Source: a virus
Strand: one strand, 5' to 3'
IMG/VR virus record: IMGVR_UViG_3300032242_002636
Span: 32,001 to 96,000 of that record
Length of the DNA: 64,000 nt
Below the pieces are notes generated by a model, which worked only from the letters and a program-made list of their open reading frames with translations, was not told the origin of the DNA and did no database searches. Shown here piece after piece: positions 20,202 through 29,937 of the stretch (position 1 is its first letter; each line of letters starts with the position of its first letter). The position numbers and the translations under genes are program-made.

Positions 20202-20209
20202 ATCAGCAT

Positions 20210-20238
20210 ATTATAGATTGCTTTGATGATATTAACAA
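20210..20238 (-). promoter_or_regulatory. sigma70-type promoter TTGTTA-17-TATAAT for gp41
   Basis: -10 ends 8 nt before the ATG. Confidence 0.6.
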
Positions 20239-20243
20239 CGCTT

Positions 20244-21341
20244 TTATTCTTCTCTCTTAAATTTAAGCTCTGATTGGAGTTTTTCTTCTAGCTTTGGAAG
20301 AATCTTTGCCCAAGCAGCATCATCATCTTTCCAATCCTTGTAAAATCCAAGGACTTCCTCACCGACAACATAACGATGACCTTGCTTTGTAATAACACCA
20401 TATCCCTCTGCCATCTCAAGAAGACCAGAATACTTTGAAATTCCAGTTCGGAAGTTCAGATACATTTCAGCCTCAAGGAAAGGAGGAACAAAGCGATTCT
20501 TGGTAGTCAATGCCCTCATGGTAAGTCCATTAACATCCTTGGAGAGAGGAGTAGTTTCGTCTGAAGCATTCTTGTTGTCAGATTTTCCCACACGCTCTTG
20601 CTTGGTTGCCATCTGAACTAGCACAGAGGACATATACAGAGGTCCAGAACCACCAGACTGACTCTTTATTAGTGTAGGATAAAGAGCACCGGGATTGTCA
20701 TATGTATGATTGGTAAAGACAACAGGGCAATTAGCTTTAGCAGCAGCATGAGTAATTGCTCTAAGCATACTCTTGAGAGAGACTGCTCTTGCTCCCATGT
20801 CAGCAGAATCTTTACCGTCTTCAATAACCTTTGCCTCTCTTGCAGAAATAAGATTACCAAGAGAGTCGATTGCAATCATCACCTTTCCCTGAAGTTTATT
20901 TTCAACAACAGTCTTTAAGAATTTAACAATCTGATTACGACACTCCTCAATAATCTCAATAGGACAATGCTTAATCTTTGCAGGATCACAACCAAGACTC
21001 TCGGCAGTATCCTTGTCCAAAGCATTTTCTGTATCAAAGTAGACTACATGCATACTTTTCTTCTGAGCATTAGCCATGATCTTATTAACCATGAGAGTCT
21101 TTCCGCAAGCCTGTGGACCTGCAAAACCAATAATTCTTCCCATAGGAATTCCACCATAGAGAGAACCTGAAATAATTGCATTAAGAGCCATACAACCTGT
21201 ATCAATCCACTCCTTAACGGTGGACAAGGTATTCTCATCCAAAAATTGAGCATCGGGATTAAGATCATCTAGGATCTTAAATGCATCTTTAATATCACCA
21301 CTGAACTCTGTATCTTCTGTTTCGTTTTTCTTTTTAGCCAT
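20244..21341 (-). CDS. uvsX: Recombinase UvsX (RecA-like)
   Basis: DTG..ALN...SG..YGGIP.GRI, GPQACGKT, YFDTE, IDSLG, FTNHTY. Start reassigned to MAKKK (21341) because of the promoter position. Confidence 0.93.
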   Translation of the reverse strand: MAKKKNETEDTEFSGDIKDAFKILDDLNPDAQFLDENTLSTVKEWIDTGCMALNAIISGSLYGGIPMGRIIGFAGPQACGKTLMVNKIMANAQKKSMHVVYFDTENALDKDTAESLGCDPAKIKHCPIEIIEECRNQIVKFLKTVVENKLQGKVMIAIDSLGNLISAREAKVIEDGKDSADMGARAVSLKSMLRAITHAAAKANCPVVFTNHTYDNPGALYPTLIKSQSGGSGPLYMSSVLVQMATKQERVGKSDNKNASDETTPLSKDVNGLTMRALTTKNRFVPPFLEAEMYLNFRTGISKYSGLLEMAEGYGVITKQGHRYVVGEEVLGFYKDWKDDDAAWAKILPKLEEKLQSELKFKREE

Positions 21342-21347
21342 ATCAAT

Positions 21348-21375
21348 ATAATAACACAAAATCCACAAAAGTCAA
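21348..21375 (-). promoter_or_regulatory. sigma70-type promoter TTGACT-16-TATTAT for uvsX
   Basis: -10 ends 6 nt before the ATG. Confidence 0.7.
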
Positions 21376-21392
21376 AGACCTTTGTGGATTTG
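21355..21392 (-). terminator. Stem-loop (AAATCCACAAA / TTTGTGGATTT), probable intrinsic terminator overlapping the uvsX -35 box
   Basis: Inverted repeat of about 11 bp downstream of the 21425-21829 ORF, followed by a T-rich tail on the minus strand. Confidence 0.55.
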
Positions 21393-21424
21393 TACTGGTT
21401 TCTTTTTTTGGATGCGATTACGAA

Positions 21425-21829
21425 TTACTCATCAAAAAGGTTTATGATAGCTGGATTAGCTTGTGTTGCTCCAGCAGGTGTTACCTCACCAGCGGTGGGT
21501 GGTACAAAGATGTTGCTCTTGTTGAACATCTGATCATACTGAGCCTTCAGACGGAAATCAAAAGCCTCAATATCGGTCTCGGTGATGCTATTCTTCTTGA
21601 ATGAGAAGATAACATCTCCACTCTTATCTGCTAAGAACTCACGGAAGAAGATAGGAAGAAGCTGAACTGACATTCTTCCACTCTGGTCTTGTGGTACTAC
21701 ATGGAGTACAACTGGATTCTTAACAGCCAAGACTGTTTCAGTGGTTTTACTTGCATCCTTTTCGCCTACAATCGTTCTACCGACTGTATCAAGGAATGTT
21801 ACTATGGTTGTTGTTTCTGTTTCGCTCAT
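21425..21829 (-). CDS. Hypothetical protein (Sm-like beta-rich)
   Basis: GRTIVGE..LAVKNPVVL pattern. Has its own sigma70 promoter. Confidence 0.6.
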   Translation of the reverse strand: MSETETTTIVTFLDTVGRTIVGEKDASKTTETVLAVKNPVVLHVVPQDQSGRMSVQLLPIFFREFLADKSGDVIFSFKKNSITETDIEAFDFRLKAQYDQMFNKSNIFVPPTAGEVTPAGATQANPAIINLFDE

Positions 21830-21838
21830 ATGTTTTAT

Positions 21839-21866
21839 ATTTTACTACAAGTTAGTTATAAGTCAA
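21839..21866 (-). promoter_or_regulatory. sigma70-type promoter TTGACT-16-TAAAAT
   Basis: -10 ends 9 nt before the ATG at 21829. Confidence 0.65.
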
Positions 21867-22512
21867 CTGACTTTTTCCAATTTAATGCTTCACTAGTATT
21901 AGGAAATATATCAATTAATATATCTTTAATAGCAATAGCAATCTCTCTATGTTCTAATTGAGTATCTTCGTTTGATCTAAGATCAACATAATGTGTCCAG
22001 CTTCTAAGGTTTCCTGTCATGTACATAGTTGTTTGTGTACAAAGAGGAAGAATCATACGAGCACATTCTTTTGCTGCACCTTTCTTTATAAGTTTATCAT
22101 ACAATTCAGCACCAGTTACCAAATAATTTTTAAGATTTTCCAAATCATTATCACTAAGATCCATTAAATCTGCACTGGATTGTCTGTTTTTATCTGCTTG
22201 CTTCCTTACTTGGAAAGATTCAAAGTCTGTAACCTCACTATATCTCTGACTAAATTCTTGAAAGCAAAAACTTCTATGACGAAGAATCTGTGCAGCAATT
22301 GCTCTTGAGGTGACAATTTGAAACGTCAAAGAAACTTGTTCAAATGGCGACCAGTGCTTATGTTTTATAAGATAAGCAAGTAACTTTGGTGCTGTTTCGG
22401 TATTCATCTGATTAGATGGATTGGAAACTCTTGCTATGTAGCTTATAAGATCTTCAGGGGAAAGAATACCTTCGATTACTGGTTGAGTTAGACTTATTAA
22501 TTTTACGTTCAT
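21856..22512 (-). CDS. thyX: FAD-dependent thymidylate synthase
   Basis: HWSPFEQ, RHRSFCFQEFSQRY (RHRx7S), ARMILP and TQLEHR motifs. Confidence 0.96.
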   Translation of the reverse strand: MNVKLISLTQPVIEGILSPEDLISYIARVSNPSNQMNTETAPKLLAYLIKHKHWSPFEQVSLTFQIVTSRAIAAQILRHRSFCFQEFSQRYSEVTDFESFQVRKQADKNRQSSADLMDLSDNDLENLKNYLVTGAELYDKLIKKGAAKECARMILPLCTQTTMYMTGNLRSWTHYVDLRSNEDTQLEHREIAIAIKDILIDIFPNTSEALNWKKSVDL

Positions 22513-22518
22513 ACCAAT

Positions 22519-22546
22519 ATTATAAACTATTATGAGAATAAATCAA
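22519..22546 (-). promoter_or_regulatory. sigma70-type promoter TTGATT-16-TATAAT for thyX
   Basis: -10 ends 6 nt before the ATG. Confidence 0.7.
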
Positions 22547-25103
22547 TAAGATCAGTATGAACTTGCATGGTAACTTGAGGAAGATCCCATCCTATACAAT
22601 CATATAATCTTTCAATCGGAGGAGTTACGCTTTTATTAAACATTTTTTCGTAATCTATCGTGAAAACATCAGAAAGTTCTTTAGGAAATTCGTCTAAGAA
22701 TGCCATTGAACTAAAATTAAAAGGATTTCTAGCAGGATAAAACCATTTTATTTTAATACCACTTCCAATAGACTCATATTTTGATGTTAAATCATAATGT
22801 TTCAACATTTCATTGAAATGAATGGCTCCTTTTGAATGTACAGGAGTTCCTTTTCCAATTTTTCCATCATCTCCAATCTTTCTTTCCTGTTTTCCTAGAT
22901 CTGAAATGTTACTACGGAAAGAAATATCTTGAATAGGCATACTACAAAACTTGTCATATGCCTCTTTTAAGATTTTATTGGATGCTGACTTGTCTTGAGA
23001 AAGAATCGCAAGCTCAATAACATTTTTAATCAGGCTTTTTGTGGCTTCTGAGAAAGAAGAACGCACAACTTCAACACCTACATATTTAAATGGATTTTTA
23101 GGAACAACTCCTTCTGATTCCAGAACATGCATAATGTATCTCTTCTTTTCCATGAAGACCGCAACATCACAAACAGCTTCTTGTTTGAAAATAAATCTAG
23201 GATCTATGGATTTAAGATCAATCTTTGCCCAATCAATGATTTCTTTATTAAGATAATTACCAATATCTTTAATAACCTTACGAGCTTCATCGGTTATCTT
23301 TCCGTTTTCCAATAATTTTATGTTTAGATGATTTAGAATAGGTTGGAAAGAGAAGTAAGCACTATCAGTATCACCATATTTGTAAATATCCTTCTTTTCA
23401 CAAGACAATCCTTGGTTTAACGCATAGTTATATACGATTTCAGATGCTTGTTTAACGACTGATTGACCAGTTAAGGTGATACTTGCGGCATGATCAATGT
23501 CATATAAAGGAGAATAACGCTGTCCAAAGACACCATAGATGGAGTTTAGAATGAGTTTATAGACGTTTTGGATGGTATCTAGGTCTAGAATCCTCTCTTC
23601 TATCTTTTCAAGCTGAGAGGGATCTTTAATTTTCTTAGATTCCTTCTTTAATTCGATCATTTTGTTCTTTGCATCAACACGTTCCGTATAAAGACGATCA
23701 ATAAACTTAGGAACAACACCTTGAAACTTCTGTGTGTACAGAACATTATACTTTGAAACAGAAAGTTGTTCCTTTTTTACAAGTCTTTGGAACTTTTCTT
23801 CTTCTAAAGTAACTATTTTGTTGTTTGAAAGTCTTAATGTATAGTTTCCATCCTCTACAAGAGTGATTTTACCTATTTTTGTCTCTGGAGAGACGTTAAG
23901 GGAGATGATTGTGTTAGGATATAGACTGTTTGCATCATAACTAACGACTGCTTTACTCAAACCACGCTCTGGTTCATGTACATATCCACCTACATAATCA
24001 GTTTCTCCTTCATCTAGCTTGAATGTAGGTATAATCATACCATCTTTTGATGCCTGATGAGCGATTGCACCAGTAATAAGTGACACTTTACCTAATGATT
24101 GCTCAAAAGGAATGAATCCTTTGTATGAAAGTGTACGAATTAGTTTGATATACTTGAGCTTTTCATCAAGTTTTACCAGCAATCTTACGTCTTGGATGTT
24201 GTAATCAACGAATTTTTTCCAATCAGTATCAGAAAGTGTTGATAAATTGGTTGCTCCGATATCAACCTTAGTCTCTCCAAGCTCATATTGACCAATATAA
24301 CCCAATTTATATGACTCTCTATCACTCCTTGCAAAGGATTTATAGGCTTCCATGTAATCAATACAGCTTAATCCTCTGATATACCAGCGATTGATTACTT
24401 TTCCGAACTTATCTACACCAACATTCTCTCTATAAAAGATAGAATTAACAGGAGAAAGTCTTGCTGCATCCTCTGAACTGAGGACATTATGCAAACGAGT
24501 CATGATATATGGAATATCGAACCCACTTGAGTTCCATCCAACCAATATATCAGGTGGATCTGCTTCCCAAAACATCAAGAATCGTTGAATTAATTCTATC
24601 TCAGACTTACAATGAAAGTATTTTACATTAGAATCCGAAGGAGTATACGGCTTAAGTCCCCATGTATAGTAGGTATCATTAAGAGTATTGTAAATTGTGA
24701 TGAGATTTATAGGATCTTCTGCTTTTTCTGGAACAGGAAATGATCCTGTTGAGTAGGTTTCGATATCGAAGAAGTAAACCTTAAGAGGAAACTGTCCAAA
24801 GTTTGGGTTATCTATCTCATCTTTGTATGTACTGAGAAGAAAGTCTTGGTCACAACCTATGTTATGGAACAATCTCTTTATAGGAGTCTCGTTTACAAAT
24901 TTATTCCTTTCAAATTGATTCTTGAAAGTCAGTTTTCTCAATGGAGTATTGAAAATAGAGACTCCATCTGTTGCTTTGGGTGACTCTACAAACAGATGAG
25001 GCTCATAACTACTTTCAATCTTAATACGATTACCGTTTTCATCCCATGTCCAGAGATGAATTAACTGGTTTTTGCTATCGTAATATACATTTCTCCACGC
25101 CAT
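22530..25103 (-). CDS. Family B DNA polymerase (gp43)
   Basis: Exonuclease motifs DIET, WNSSGFDIPY and YNIQDV. Polymerase motifs DANSLYP, KLILNSIYG, YGDTDS and KKRY. Confidence 0.97.
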   Translation of the reverse strand: MAWRNVYYDSKNQLIHLWTWDENGNRIKIESSYEPHLFVESPKATDGVSIFNTPLRKLTFKNQFERNKFVNETPIKRLFHNIGCDQDFLLSTYKDEIDNPNFGQFPLKVYFFDIETYSTGSFPVPEKAEDPINLITIYNTLNDTYYTWGLKPYTPSDSNVKYFHCKSEIELIQRFLMFWEADPPDILVGWNSSGFDIPYIMTRLHNVLSSEDAARLSPVNSIFYRENVGVDKFGKVINRWYIRGLSCIDYMEAYKSFARSDRESYKLGYIGQYELGETKVDIGATNLSTLSDTDWKKFVDYNIQDVRLLVKLDEKLKYIKLIRTLSYKGFIPFEQSLGKVSLITGAIAHQASKDGMIIPTFKLDEGETDYVGGYVHEPERGLSKAVVSYDANSLYPNTIISLNVSPETKIGKITLVEDGNYTLRLSNNKIVTLEEEKFQRLVKKEQLSVSKYNVLYTQKFQGVVPKFIDRLYTERVDAKNKMIELKKESKKIKDPSQLEKIEERILDLDTIQNVYKLILNSIYGVFGQRYSPLYDIDHAASITLTGQSVVKQASEIVYNYALNQGLSCEKKDIYKYGDTDSAYFSFQPILNHLNIKLLENGKITDEARKVIKDIGNYLNKEIIDWAKIDLKSIDPRFIFKQEAVCDVAVFMEKKRYIMHVLESEGVVPKNPFKYVGVEVVRSSFSEATKSLIKNVIELAILSQDKSASNKILKEAYDKFCSMPIQDISFRSNISDLGKQERKIGDDGKIGKGTPVHSKGAIHFNEMLKHYDLTSKYESIGSGIKIKWFYPARNPFNFSSMAFLDEFPKELSDVFTIDYEKMFNKSVTPPIERLYDCIGWDLPQVTMQVHTDLIDLFS

Positions 25104-25140
25104 AGAGAGTATTATACTCTCTGCTCTGGGTTATTTGCAA
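25104..25140 (-). promoter_or_regulatory. Polymerase promoter TTGCAA-18-TATAAT with an 8-bp inverted repeat over the -10 box
   Basis: AGAGAGTA-tta-TACTCTCT at 25104-25122 abuts the start codon. -35 at 25135-25140. Confidence 0.6.
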
Positions 25141-26425
25141 CTAAAATCTTTGATTTAGCGTTTCTTTCTTTAGATCCCCAAGCGGTTGTGTATATTGCTT
25201 CGTATTCATCCATATGATTTTCTAACCATAGACCTTCTGTAAAGGTTCTAGCCTTTCCAGACAGATCCATATAGCGATCAAAGTCAGAAGTAATATACTC
25301 TAACTGAGAAATTAGATCCTTACCATCCTTAAACGGACATTCTGCTCCCTCATAGGTGCAAAGATCCTGATAAGCACCGGGTAATCCGAATGCTCCTGCC
25401 TCAACCATCTTGATATTGCTCTTGGATTTGTTGAATACGTTATCAACGAGAGGTGCGAATACTGCATTGGCTCCTACATCGTGAATACTTTGTGGAAGAT
25501 CCATTAAAGGAGACCAATCAATGTATTCCATTTCACCATTATCAATGAATGGTTTGACTGCAAGTGGGTAGCATCCCTTCCATACAAACTTAAATTTCTT
25601 ACGAGCCTTGATAATTTCTTCTACTACATGAGAGAAATCATCTTTCATCCCTGTACGATTGGTTACATCAATGTGTGTTCCAGATCCAGCATAAAGAATA
25701 CGAGGACGCTTCTTATGTCTGTCATAGAGTTCTTCAACACGTTTCTTATCATAGAAACGATCAAGCCAAAACTTAGGAGGATAGTTAGGAATGACTGTAA
25801 TATTTTTATTACCTGTCTTATTGATGTAGTAATCTTTCATGTACTGACAGGTGACAGTTACTTCATCCATCATTCCCATGATTTCTAAGATACTTGAAAT
25901 GATATCTTGGCTTACGAATGCATCTTTACATCTATTATAGTCAGGAATATCATCCTTGAAGACGATATCATCGACTTCATAAATCAAACGATATCCCATC
26001 TGAGGCTTTGCCTTTACCAATTCTTTAATGAATGCATTCTGTACAGGTGTTGCCTGTCTTTGCATTCTGATTGCACTAATTCCTTGATAGAATCTAAGAT
26101 CCAAAACCATACAAGTAAGTCCTGAAATGACTGCCTTGTTATAACTATTTAAACAAAATTCGGGCCAAATCATTCTCCAATATCCACAGCCACCGTAATC
26201 AGCATAGTAATTGATAGCTCTAGGAAGGCTCATCTCTGGCATATCAATAGGAGGAGGCTCTGGAAGTTTTACAGGATTTGCGGCTACATAACTGTAGCTA
26301 GGCATACCCAAAGGAAGATTATTAGGAGCATTTGGAATACCGCTCTTGGTTGGCTTGTATTCGTATACAATGCTCTTTGAAGTATCTACAGGAGCAGGAG
26401 TATTAGAACCTTTTATCTTAATCAT
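25112..26425 (-). CDS. GT-B fold glycosyltransferase adjacent to DNA polymerase
   Basis: GCGYWRMIWP, YEVDD, VIPNY, YAGSGTH and APLVDNVFNKSKSNIKMVEAGAFGLP (GT4-like C-terminal motif). Confidence 0.8.
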   Translation of the reverse strand: MIKIKGSNTPAPVDTSKSIVYEYKPTKSGIPNAPNNLPLGMPSYSYVAANPVKLPEPPPIDMPEMSLPRAINYYADYGGCGYWRMIWPEFCLNSYNKAVISGLTCMVLDLRFYQGISAIRMQRQATPVQNAFIKELVKAKPQMGYRLIYEVDDIVFKDDIPDYNRCKDAFVSQDIISSILEIMGMMDEVTVTCQYMKDYYINKTGNKNITVIPNYPPKFWLDRFYDKKRVEELYDRHKKRPRILYAGSGTHIDVTNRTGMKDDFSHVVEEIIKARKKFKFVWKGCYPLAVKPFIDNGEMEYIDWSPLMDLPQSIHDVGANAVFAPLVDNVFNKSKSNIKMVEAGAFGLPGAYQDLCTYEGAECPFKDGKDLISQLEYITSDFDRYMDLSGKARTFTEGLWLENHMDEYEAIYTTAWGSKERNAKSKILVANNPEQRV

Positions 26426-26433
26426 ATTATTTT

Positions 26434-26462
26434 ATATTAACAAATGGTGTGTTATAAATCAA
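26434..26462 (-). promoter_or_regulatory. sigma70-type promoter TTGATT-17-TAATAT
   Basis: -10 ends 8 nt before the ATG at 26425. Confidence 0.5.
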
Positions 26463-28270
26463 GGTGCTATGGAAGTTTTACCGTCTTTCTTCTCTAACTT
26501 AATAATTGCATCAAAGTTAGAATTAACAGCAGCCTTATTATGAGATATGATATAAACAGCCTCATCATATTTGTCGGTTCTTTCTCTTAAAATCTCAAGA
26601 ATTTTGTTAACTCCCTTCTCATCTAAGGCAGAATCAAACAACTCATCATACATACTCAGATTGAAAGCAACACCTGTCTGCATTCTTAGTATATCTTGGA
26701 ACATAAAGAGGATAGCAATGTCTATTCTCTTTCTTTCACCACCACTAAAATTGAAATAGGAACATTCCTTGCCTTGTGTATTGTAGATTGTTTCTTCAAA
26801 CATCTCATTGAATTCACATGTACAAGGAGCATCAAGAGTTTTTAGATAGAAATTAAGCTGTGCATTCAGTACAGAAAGCATTTTCTTGACGATAAAAGTT
26901 TTAACACCTTCTTCAGATACAACAAACTTTGCAGTTTCTAAAACCAAAAGATGTTTTTGCAAATCAGAAATGTTTTTTTCCAGATTCTCTATTTTCTTTT
27001 GAGCATCTTCTATCTTTTTATCATCTTTGAACTCTTCCTTTTCTATCTCTTCGATGTTTTCTTGATACTCTTCTATTTTTTCCTCTAAGGATTTTATTTT
27101 CTGCTCATGTAAAGCAGAATTTGATATCTCATCCTTATAATCTTTGATCTCATCCTTAAGAGTTTCTATGTTATTGGTAATCTTTGAACCGAAAGCAGTT
27201 TTTTCAGATCCTATCTTCTTATTTTCATCATAGATGGGTTGGTTAATAGAAATTAACTCATCTAATTTTTTAATTTCACTTTCAATATACTGTAAATCAT
27301 CTTCACAATACTGTCTGTTGCAAGTAGGGCATACATTTCCCTTATCTAATATCTTTTGCTTCTCTTTTTTAGCTTGGTTTATAGTATTATAAGCTTCGGA
27401 TTTATTTTCTCCTATCTCTACTATTTCTCTGTTTGTTTCGATCAATAATTCTCTGAGCTTTTCAATCTTATCCTCATTATTCTTTATCTTTTCCTTTAAA
27501 GAAGAAATTTCAGGAATGTCTTTTTTTCTCAATGAGGCTAAATCATTTTTGGTAACATCAATTTTCTTATTAATACTCTCTATTCTTTCTGATTTGTTCT
27601 CATCAAATCCTTCCTTACTGTTTTCTAAAAACTCTAGTATTCTTTGTTCTGAAGAAAAATCTTTGGATAGGAATTCGTTTTCCTTTTTCTTTTCATTGTA
27701 GTCTGCTCTTGTCTTTAAAAGCATCTCACCAAAGATTCCAAGATTTAAAATACCTTCAACAAACTTTCTCTTATCAATCTTTTTCTGTGCCATGAAGGGC
27801 ATGGTATTATTTGCCGTCATGATCACAGCATTTTGAAATACTTCTTCGTTTGCTCCTATCAGTTGCTTGATATACTCATCAGTCTTCGGCATCGTAGAAA
27901 GAGAAATATCTTCTAAAGATAAGTCTCCATACTTCTCTAAGAGAAGTTTACTAGGCTCCAATGATCTAGTTAATTTATAAGATGTGGAAACCTTGCCGTC
28001 TTCAATAGCAAATTCCAAAACTACAACAGAACCTCCTTTGCTTTGGTTGTGTACTATCTTGTCCTTTTTAATATCTCTGATAGTAGAACCAAACAAAGCC
28101 CAATAAATTGACTCTATAAGAGAGCTTTTACCAACACCATTCCTGCCACCATTGTCTTTATTCTCTCCAGTTATCAGAGAGATTCCCTTCTTAAAATCTA
28201 AAGAGACTTCTTCTTTTCCTATAGATAGGAAATTCTTGATTGAAATACTATTAAACTTAATTTTTTTCAC
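26459..28270 (-). CDS. Rad50/SbcC-like recombination ATPase gp46
   Basis: KNFLSIG, NGVGKS, zinc hook CPTC, signature FSGGE, DELFD and ISH motifs. Confidence 0.96.
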   Translation of the reverse strand: MKKIKFNSISIKNFLSIGKEEVSLDFKKGISLITGENKDNGGRNGVGKSSLIESIYWALFGSTIRDIKKDKIVHNQSKGGSVVVLEFAIEDGKVSTSYKLTRSLEPSKLLLEKYGDLSLEDISLSTMPKTDEYIKQLIGANEEVFQNAVIMTANNTMPFMAQKKIDKRKFVEGILNLGIFGEMLLKTRADYNEKKKENEFLSKDFSSEQRILEFLENSKEGFDENKSERIESINKKIDVTKNDLASLRKKDIPEISSLKEKIKNNEDKIEKLRELLIETNREIVEIGENKSEAYNTINQAKKEKQKILDKGNVCPTCNRQYCEDDLQYIESEIKKLDELISINQPIYDENKKIGSEKTAFGSKITNNIETLKDEIKDYKDEISNSALHEQKIKSLEEKIEEYQENIEEIEKEEFKDDKKIEDAQKKIENLEKNISDLQKHLLVLETAKFVVSEEGVKTFIVKKMLSVLNAQLNFYLKTLDAPCTCEFNEMFEETIYNTQGKECSYFNFSGGERKRIDIAILFMFQDILRMQTGVAFNLSMYDELFDSALDEKGVNKILEILRERTDKYDEAVYIISHNKAAVNSNFDAIIKLEKKDGKTSIAP

Positions 28271-28277
28271 TTTTATT

Positions 28278-28305
28278 AGTATATACTAAAATAAAGTAAT
28301 TTCAA
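28278..28305 (-). promoter_or_regulatory. sigma70-type promoter TTGAAA-16-TATACT for gp46
   Basis: -10 ends 7 nt before the GTG. Confidence 0.65.
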
Positions 28306-29045
28306 CCTGATAGTATATCTTTATTATTCCAATAAAATTTCTCATTAGGATATGAATTAATTGTTTTAAATTCTAATTTTCTAGGTTCTCCAAACATTCC
28401 CTCTATTCCAGAATCGGTCTTAGAATATTTCTTATTGAATATAAAGTCTCTGTTATATGCAGTATAGTGCATGATTCCTGTTTTAACACCACTTGGTTTA
28501 CTTCCATCATGTGCATTAATAATCCCACTCATCATTGGTTTATGAACCTTCTTACCTATCTCCTCTAGTCTCCAAAACATATCGGTATCTTCTTCTCCTA
28601 TTCCTAATAATCTTTCTTCAAACCATCCTACCTTTTCTACTAATTTTCTATTAATAAAATAATGCGACCAAGAACCATTTATGGCAAATGCTTCTGTATC
28701 TTTATGGTTATCTGCTATGTTAGATAAAGATTCAAAAGAAAAATTCCTATCTATAATAACATCATCATTTAGGATTAAATTCCAATCTTTAGGGCTATTT
28801 ATTAGGATTGTATTCCATAATTTAGCCAAGCTCCTGAATTCAGGAAACATAGAAACTATGCAATTAGGAGTTTCACTTGCTAGTTTCAATATTTTTTTCC
28901 TATAGTCTTCATCAATAGGTTGATTGTACTCTCCGTTAACAGCAAGTATTATAGTCCAATTACCTCTTTCTCTTATAGAAGATATTAGATTTTTAACTCT
29001 TTCAAATCTGGCTTTAAAGGTTGTTATTCCTATTGCAAAACTCAT
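28302..29045 (-). CDS. GT-A (GT2-like) glycosyltransferase
   Basis: IGITTF, LAKLWN, ILNDDV and VGWFEER..GIGEEDTD motifs. Confidence 0.8.
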   Translation of the reverse strand: MSFAIGITTFKARFERVKNLISSIRERGNWTIILAVNGEYNQPIDEDYRKKILKLASETPNCIVSMFPEFRSLAKLWNTILINSPKDWNLILNDDVIIDRNFSFESLSNIADNHKDTEAFAINGSWSHYFINRKLVEKVGWFEERLLGIGEEDTDMFWRLEEIGKKVHKPMMSGIINAHDGSKPSGVKTGIMHYTAYNRDFIFNKKYSKTDSGIEGMFGEPRKLEFKTINSYPNEKFYWNNKDILSG

Positions 29046-29937
29046 AAAACTTATTTAGCACAGCATCGAATCTTTGGATTGATGTATGATTGTTTAAAAC
29101 ATTTTGATAGCCATTATTTGCTATTCTTTCTCTTTCTTTATCGTTCTTGGAATAGAAGTTTATTTTTTCTATGGCATCTTCCATGCTATCGTAAAAAACA
29201 ATATCCTCTCCATCGGTAAAGAGCGTGTCTAATCCTCTTTCAAAAGGAAGTCTGTCTGTCATCACCATTCTTTTACAATACATTCCTTCAAATATTCTTC
29301 TGGAAACTTCTCCGTATCTACTATTTTGAATTACAATTTTTCCTGTGCTAAGAAGATCTCTCTGTAGAATATTAAAGTCTCTTTTATTAGAGAATCTATT
29401 GCCTATTCTTGATTTAAGCTCATCTAGAAATGGTGTGTCTCCGTCTCCTCGTGTGCTTACGACATCATATGTTGGTTTGATATCAGGATTTTCTGAACCT
29501 TCTAATGCATCTGCAAAGTGTGTCCAGTAAATTGCATCTATATCTCTCTTTTTATACTCCTGTAATGAAACCAAATCAGGAGTCAGAACAAGATCAAAGT
29601 TCCATGCCTTATTAGAATTGTTACCAAAGCACTGAGGATCGTCTCCAGCTTCCATTACGGTATAGATGTCTGGAAAGTATTGCCTATCAAGTAAGGGATG
29701 ATTAAAAGCTCCATAATCCATATGGAAGATTATGTCTGGTTTATATTGACCACTTTGTATATGTTGGTATAAAGCAGTCAATCCAGATATTGAATACTGT
29801 TTATTCCTGTCATATAAAGAATATATACGACCTTTTATATTTCTTCTCTTGGATTCATTAACTATGGAGAGGGGAGTAGACCATCTCTCATCAGGCATCC
29901 ATGCAAAAAGAAAAGCTATGTTAAGATTATTTTCCAT
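29014..29937 (-). CDS. GT-B glycosyltransferase (CgeB / Glyco_trans_1_2-like)
   Basis: DDP, RIFEGMYC, LFTDGEDIVFY and ERERIANNGYQNVLNNHT motifs. Confidence 0.82.
   Translation of the reverse strand: MENNLNIAFLFAWMPDERWSTPLSIVNESKRRNIKGRIYSLYDRNKQYSISGLTALYQHIQSGQYKPDIIFHMDYGAFNHPLLDRQYFPDIYTVMEAGDDPQCFGNNSNKAWNFDLVLTPDLVSLQEYKKRDIDAIYWTHFADALEGSENPDIKPTYDVVSTRGDGDTPFLDELKSRIGNRFSNKRDFNILQRDLLSTGKIVIQNSRYGEVSRRIFEGMYCKRMVMTDRLPFERGLDTLFTDGEDIVFYDSMEDAIEKINFYSKNDKERERIANNGYQNVLNNHTSIQRFDAVLNKFYEFCNRNNNL

Noticed and set aside
21856-22512. Thymidylate synthase as a T4-like dCMP hydroxymethylase supplying hmC for the GTs
   Set aside because: It is a canonical flavin-dependent ThyX (RHRx7S), not a ThyA-fold hydroxymethylase. 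No base-hydroxylating enzyme is visible in this window.
22530-25103. Split or intein-containing DNA polymerase
   Set aside because: Single uninterrupted 857-aa PolB with all motifs at normal spacing.
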